Assembly (NCBI GenBank): GCA_043228905.1
Contig: JBHGNT010000004.1
Span: forward strand, 6,696,001-6,760,000
DNA length: 64,000 nucleotides
Source of the DNA: Azolla caroliniana
Lineage: Eukaryota; Plantae; Polypodiophyta
Reading direction: 5' to 3'
In this document: piece after piece, positions 60,647-64,000 of the stretch
Position numbering within the stretch: the first letter of the stretch is position 1
Layout: the number at the start of each line of letters is the position of its first letter
Position numbers and translations under genes: made by a program
Notes under the pieces: generated by a model
Databases searched by the model: none
What the model was told of the DNA's origin: nothing
Seen by the model: the letters and a program-made list of their open reading frames with translations, nothing else

Positions 60647-62533
60647 TGTTGAGCTGACAAGCTCAACCGGATCCGGATCGGTACTTAAAACAGAGAACCG
60701 GATAGGCATCTGGAACCGACAGTCGGATCAGAGAGACGTATTGGATTGTAATCGATAGGCCATTAGAGGCCTACAATCTTTGCTTTGTATGTAGGCATAT
60801 TCCTTGGAGTTAGTGTCAGTCGCTCGTATGAGTATTGAAGTACTTGTCAATACTTCTGTCAGTCTTTTTAAGGACTTGTATAAAAAAATGTTCTGTATGT
60901 ACATAGTGTTATTATTTTGAATTGAGTTTATGTTATTCTCCTCTCTCTGTCTCTCTTGTGTATTATCTATTCTGAAGCTTCCATTAAACTTGTGTTTCCT
61001 CTCTTTTACTATCCGGTGAAGCCGGTTTCATCTTTAAGCTTCTGCACGCTACTCTTTTCATGGTATCAGAGCTCAAGGTTTGAGAACCTCTGCTATCGAC
61101 AACTGCTCGAAAAAGACCTAATCACTGGTAAAGAACAAAAGCTAGATATGGACAGAAGCATGGCAAGCTCGCTTCCTACAGAAAAGCTTGACCGGAGAAA
61201 CTATGCATCCTAGTCATATAAAATCCACCAATACCTATCGAGGCACGGATACTAGAGCCACGTGGAAGGAGCAAATGAAGCAGTGCCAGATTTAGCACAC
61301 AAGGACTTCCCGGCATGGGAGCAAGGGGCAAGTAGAGTGTTGTACTGCTTCGTGTCCTGTGTGCACGACCAGATGCTCAACTACATTAGAGACGCAAAGT
61401 TGCCGAAGGAGGCCTGGGAAAATCTTCAGAAGATTTTCGCCGCAAGTACCACGGCTCGGAAGTTGCAGCTCCAACAAGAGCTAAATAGTATCCGGCAACG
61501 GGACATGTCGGTCACCGAATACACCACCAAGATCAAGGAGATCTGCGATGCGCTCGGGCCCATCAACGTGACGGTGGACGAAGACGAGATGGTCCAGATT
61601 TGCCTCTTGGTGGTCTAGCACAATCCAGACGGCAATTTGCACCCGGGACAAGCCACCGTCCTTCTTCAACCTGCAATCGATGCTCATGGTCGAAGAAAAC
61701 CATGCGAGTGGGTCAAGGACCACTCAATTGGACATCCAAGTGCTGGAAGAAGTGCACTGATTCGGATAAATCCGGATCCGGTAAGGTCGGACAAGGGAAC
61801 AAATAAAGCTCGCACTACGTAGAAGGATCAAAAAATTTCGAAACCGAAAAGACTGAAAAGGGCCAGCCTTTGTGATGAAGCACAAAGTGAACTTGATGAA
61901 GAAGACCACTTCCGGATCGGAGGAAGTGTGGTACGTTGACTCCAGAACCTCTAACCACATGACGAGCCACGAAGAGTGGTTCTCCTTTCTGGAAAAGCTG
62001 AAGCAATCGGGAGTTGTCAAAATGTTTACATGTTCTGACAATTATGAAGAACTTGGTGTCAATCGGATAGATCGTCGACCAGGGGATGCAAATACGGTTC
62101 ACGCACCTCGGGTGCTTCATCGAGGAAGAAGGCCAGATCATCGTGCAAGGGCACCGGAATAGGAGGATGTTCATCCTCGACACCAACGACGTAGGCACCG
62201 CCTTGTTCACAAAAGGACAAAAAGTCGAGTCAGATATTGACTTGTGGCACAAGTGGATTGGCCACGTCAACTATCGGAGGCTTCAAGACTTGTAATCGAA
62301 ACAAGGTCGTATTCAAATTGCCAAAATTAAGTGGCCGGAAGGCCCAAGTATGTGAAGCCTGCCAAGTCGGGAAGAAACACCGGCTTCCATTCCCCACCAA
62401 AAGAAACCGGAGCCGTAACAAGCTCGACTTGATACATTCGGATGTATGGGAACTGACACATAATGTTAGGCTTGGCGGGAGCTGATATTTCATCTCCTTC
62501 ATTGACAACTACAACCGACACGCATGGATCTAC
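60647..62533 (+). mobile_element. Truncated Ty1/copia (5' LTR 60647-61060, PBS-iMet, gag-PR-start of IN)
   Basis: TGTTGAG..TTTTCA then TGGTATCAGAGC (61061-61072). Motifs LPTEKLDRRNYAS, WYVDS, LWHKWIGH, LIHSDVW. Many stops. Confidence 0.9.
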
Positions 62534-63897
62534 CTTTGTGCGTGCGTGGAACACTGGGTTTTGAGCCAGATAAATACTGCTCATGTTGTCGCAGTAAAGG
62601 GGAATCAAATCCTTGATGGGAACGCCCAGATCCTTCAATATCCTCTTGAGCCATATAGTTTCACATGCAGCCATGGCTACGCCCTTGTATTTGTTCTCTG
62701 TGCTTGAAAGAGCGATAGTTGGTTGCTTCTTGCTACTCCACGAAATGCTTTGTTGCTGAGGGAGAAAACAAATCCGGAGGTCGATTGGCTCTGTAGCTAG
62801 CCTAGTCGACATCTGTGTACCCTTTGGGTCGAATTGGTGTGGCTAATTCATAGAGAATGCCACAATCCATTGTGCCGCTCACGTATCGTAATACTCGCTT
62901 AGCACAATCCAAATGGATTTCTTGCACAGTTTGCATGAATTGGCCGACCGGATAGCTGAGGTTGGGTCGAGTGATCGTGAGGTAGATGAGACTCCTGATT
63001 AGTTGTGGATACTGAGTCGGCTCGCACTCTTTCGTGCTAGGGTCGACATCCAGTTTGAGGTTTCGATTGAGAGGGGTTGCCACATATTTGCACTCAGTCA
63101 TCCATAACTTGTATAACAAGTTGAGGATGTAGTGTCGTTGGGAGATCATAATGCCTGTTGGAGTCCGAATTACCTCAATGCCAAGGAAGTAATCGAGCTC
63201 CTTCATGTTCGTCATCTCGAATTTTCTAGAGAGGAGGGACTTGACCTTGTTGATGTCAACTAGACTTGCACCTCTAATGACTAGATCATCCACATATAGG
63301 ATGATGACAATCGGGTTGTCAGAGCCATTTCATACGTAGAGGGAGTTGTCGGATTTCGACATTCGAAAGCTGATTTGATGAAGATATTGTGTTATCTTCG
63401 AGTGCCTAGCACGCGGTGCTTGCTTAAGGCCATAGAGTGGCTTCTTCAGTCGGTAGATTGCTTTCGGATGGATGCTCGATTCGAAGCTGGGTGGTTGTAC
63501 CATGTACACTTCCTCTTCTAATTCACCTTGAAGAAAGGCGTTCTTTACGTCCATTTGATGGAGGTGCCACCCTTTCGCTGCAGCAAGTGCAATTATGGTC
63601 CGCACAATCGTCATCTTTGTCACCGGAGCAAAGGTCATTTCGTAGTCGACTCCATGTGTTTGTGCGTATCCTTTCGCTACTAGTCAAGCTTTGTAGCAGT
63701 TTATGGAGCCATCGGCATTATACTTCACTTTTTAAATCCATTTGCAATTGATTGCCTTCTTGTACGGTGAGTGGGGAGTGAGATCCCATGTCTCGTTCTT
63801 GCATAGTGTCTGCATCTCCTCGTTCATTTCTTCGAATCATTGTGGATCCTTGCCTGCTTCCAAAAAACTTTCCAGTTCTTGAACTGTCGCCACCTTC
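62534..63897 (-). pseudogene. Copia RT-RNase H fragment (minus strand)
   Basis: HQMDVKNAFLQG, LYGLKQAPRA, YVDD, SWSSKKQ, NPVFHARTK. Frameshifted. Confidence 0.9.
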
Positions 63898-64000
63898 TGT
63901 TGAAGACAAGGCCGTGTCGATGCGGAAGATCAAGTAGCATTCGATTGGGGTTGAGAACCTGCGTATGACAGTTTGCAAGATCGTGCACAGAGACAGAGAG

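Noticed and set aside
63898-64000. Probable start of another LTR (TGTTG...) interrupting the copia RT
   Set aside because: Only about 100 bp are visible at the window edge, so no partner or TSD is available to confirm it.

Overview
Land-plant nuclear DNA, most likely a non-seed plant such as a fern. That is an inference from the TE lineages and the hydrolase type. Two intact host genes are present: a 2-exon KAI2/D14-family (DDK/DLK2-like) alpha/beta-hydrolase with unusually large insertions (4021-5721, +), and a 13-exon NO VEIN (NOV) gene with a sacsin-like GHKL ATPase and a C-terminal DUF3883 domain (56116-41528, -). Between them lie LINE and hAT remnants, two adjacent fold-back structures (7.76-8.83 kb) and a 25-kb retrotransposon nest. 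The nest is an outer Ty1/copia (TSD TCAAG) holding an inverted same-family copia that lacks a TSD and carries PBS and PPT remnants outside both LTRs. That inner copia contains a self-priming Tcn1-type chromovirus and a pol-less, tRNA-Trp-primed, three-LTR tandem element with a 4-bp TSD. A second, deleted TE nest fills 57-64 kb. All coordinates were read by eye, and no database searches were run.
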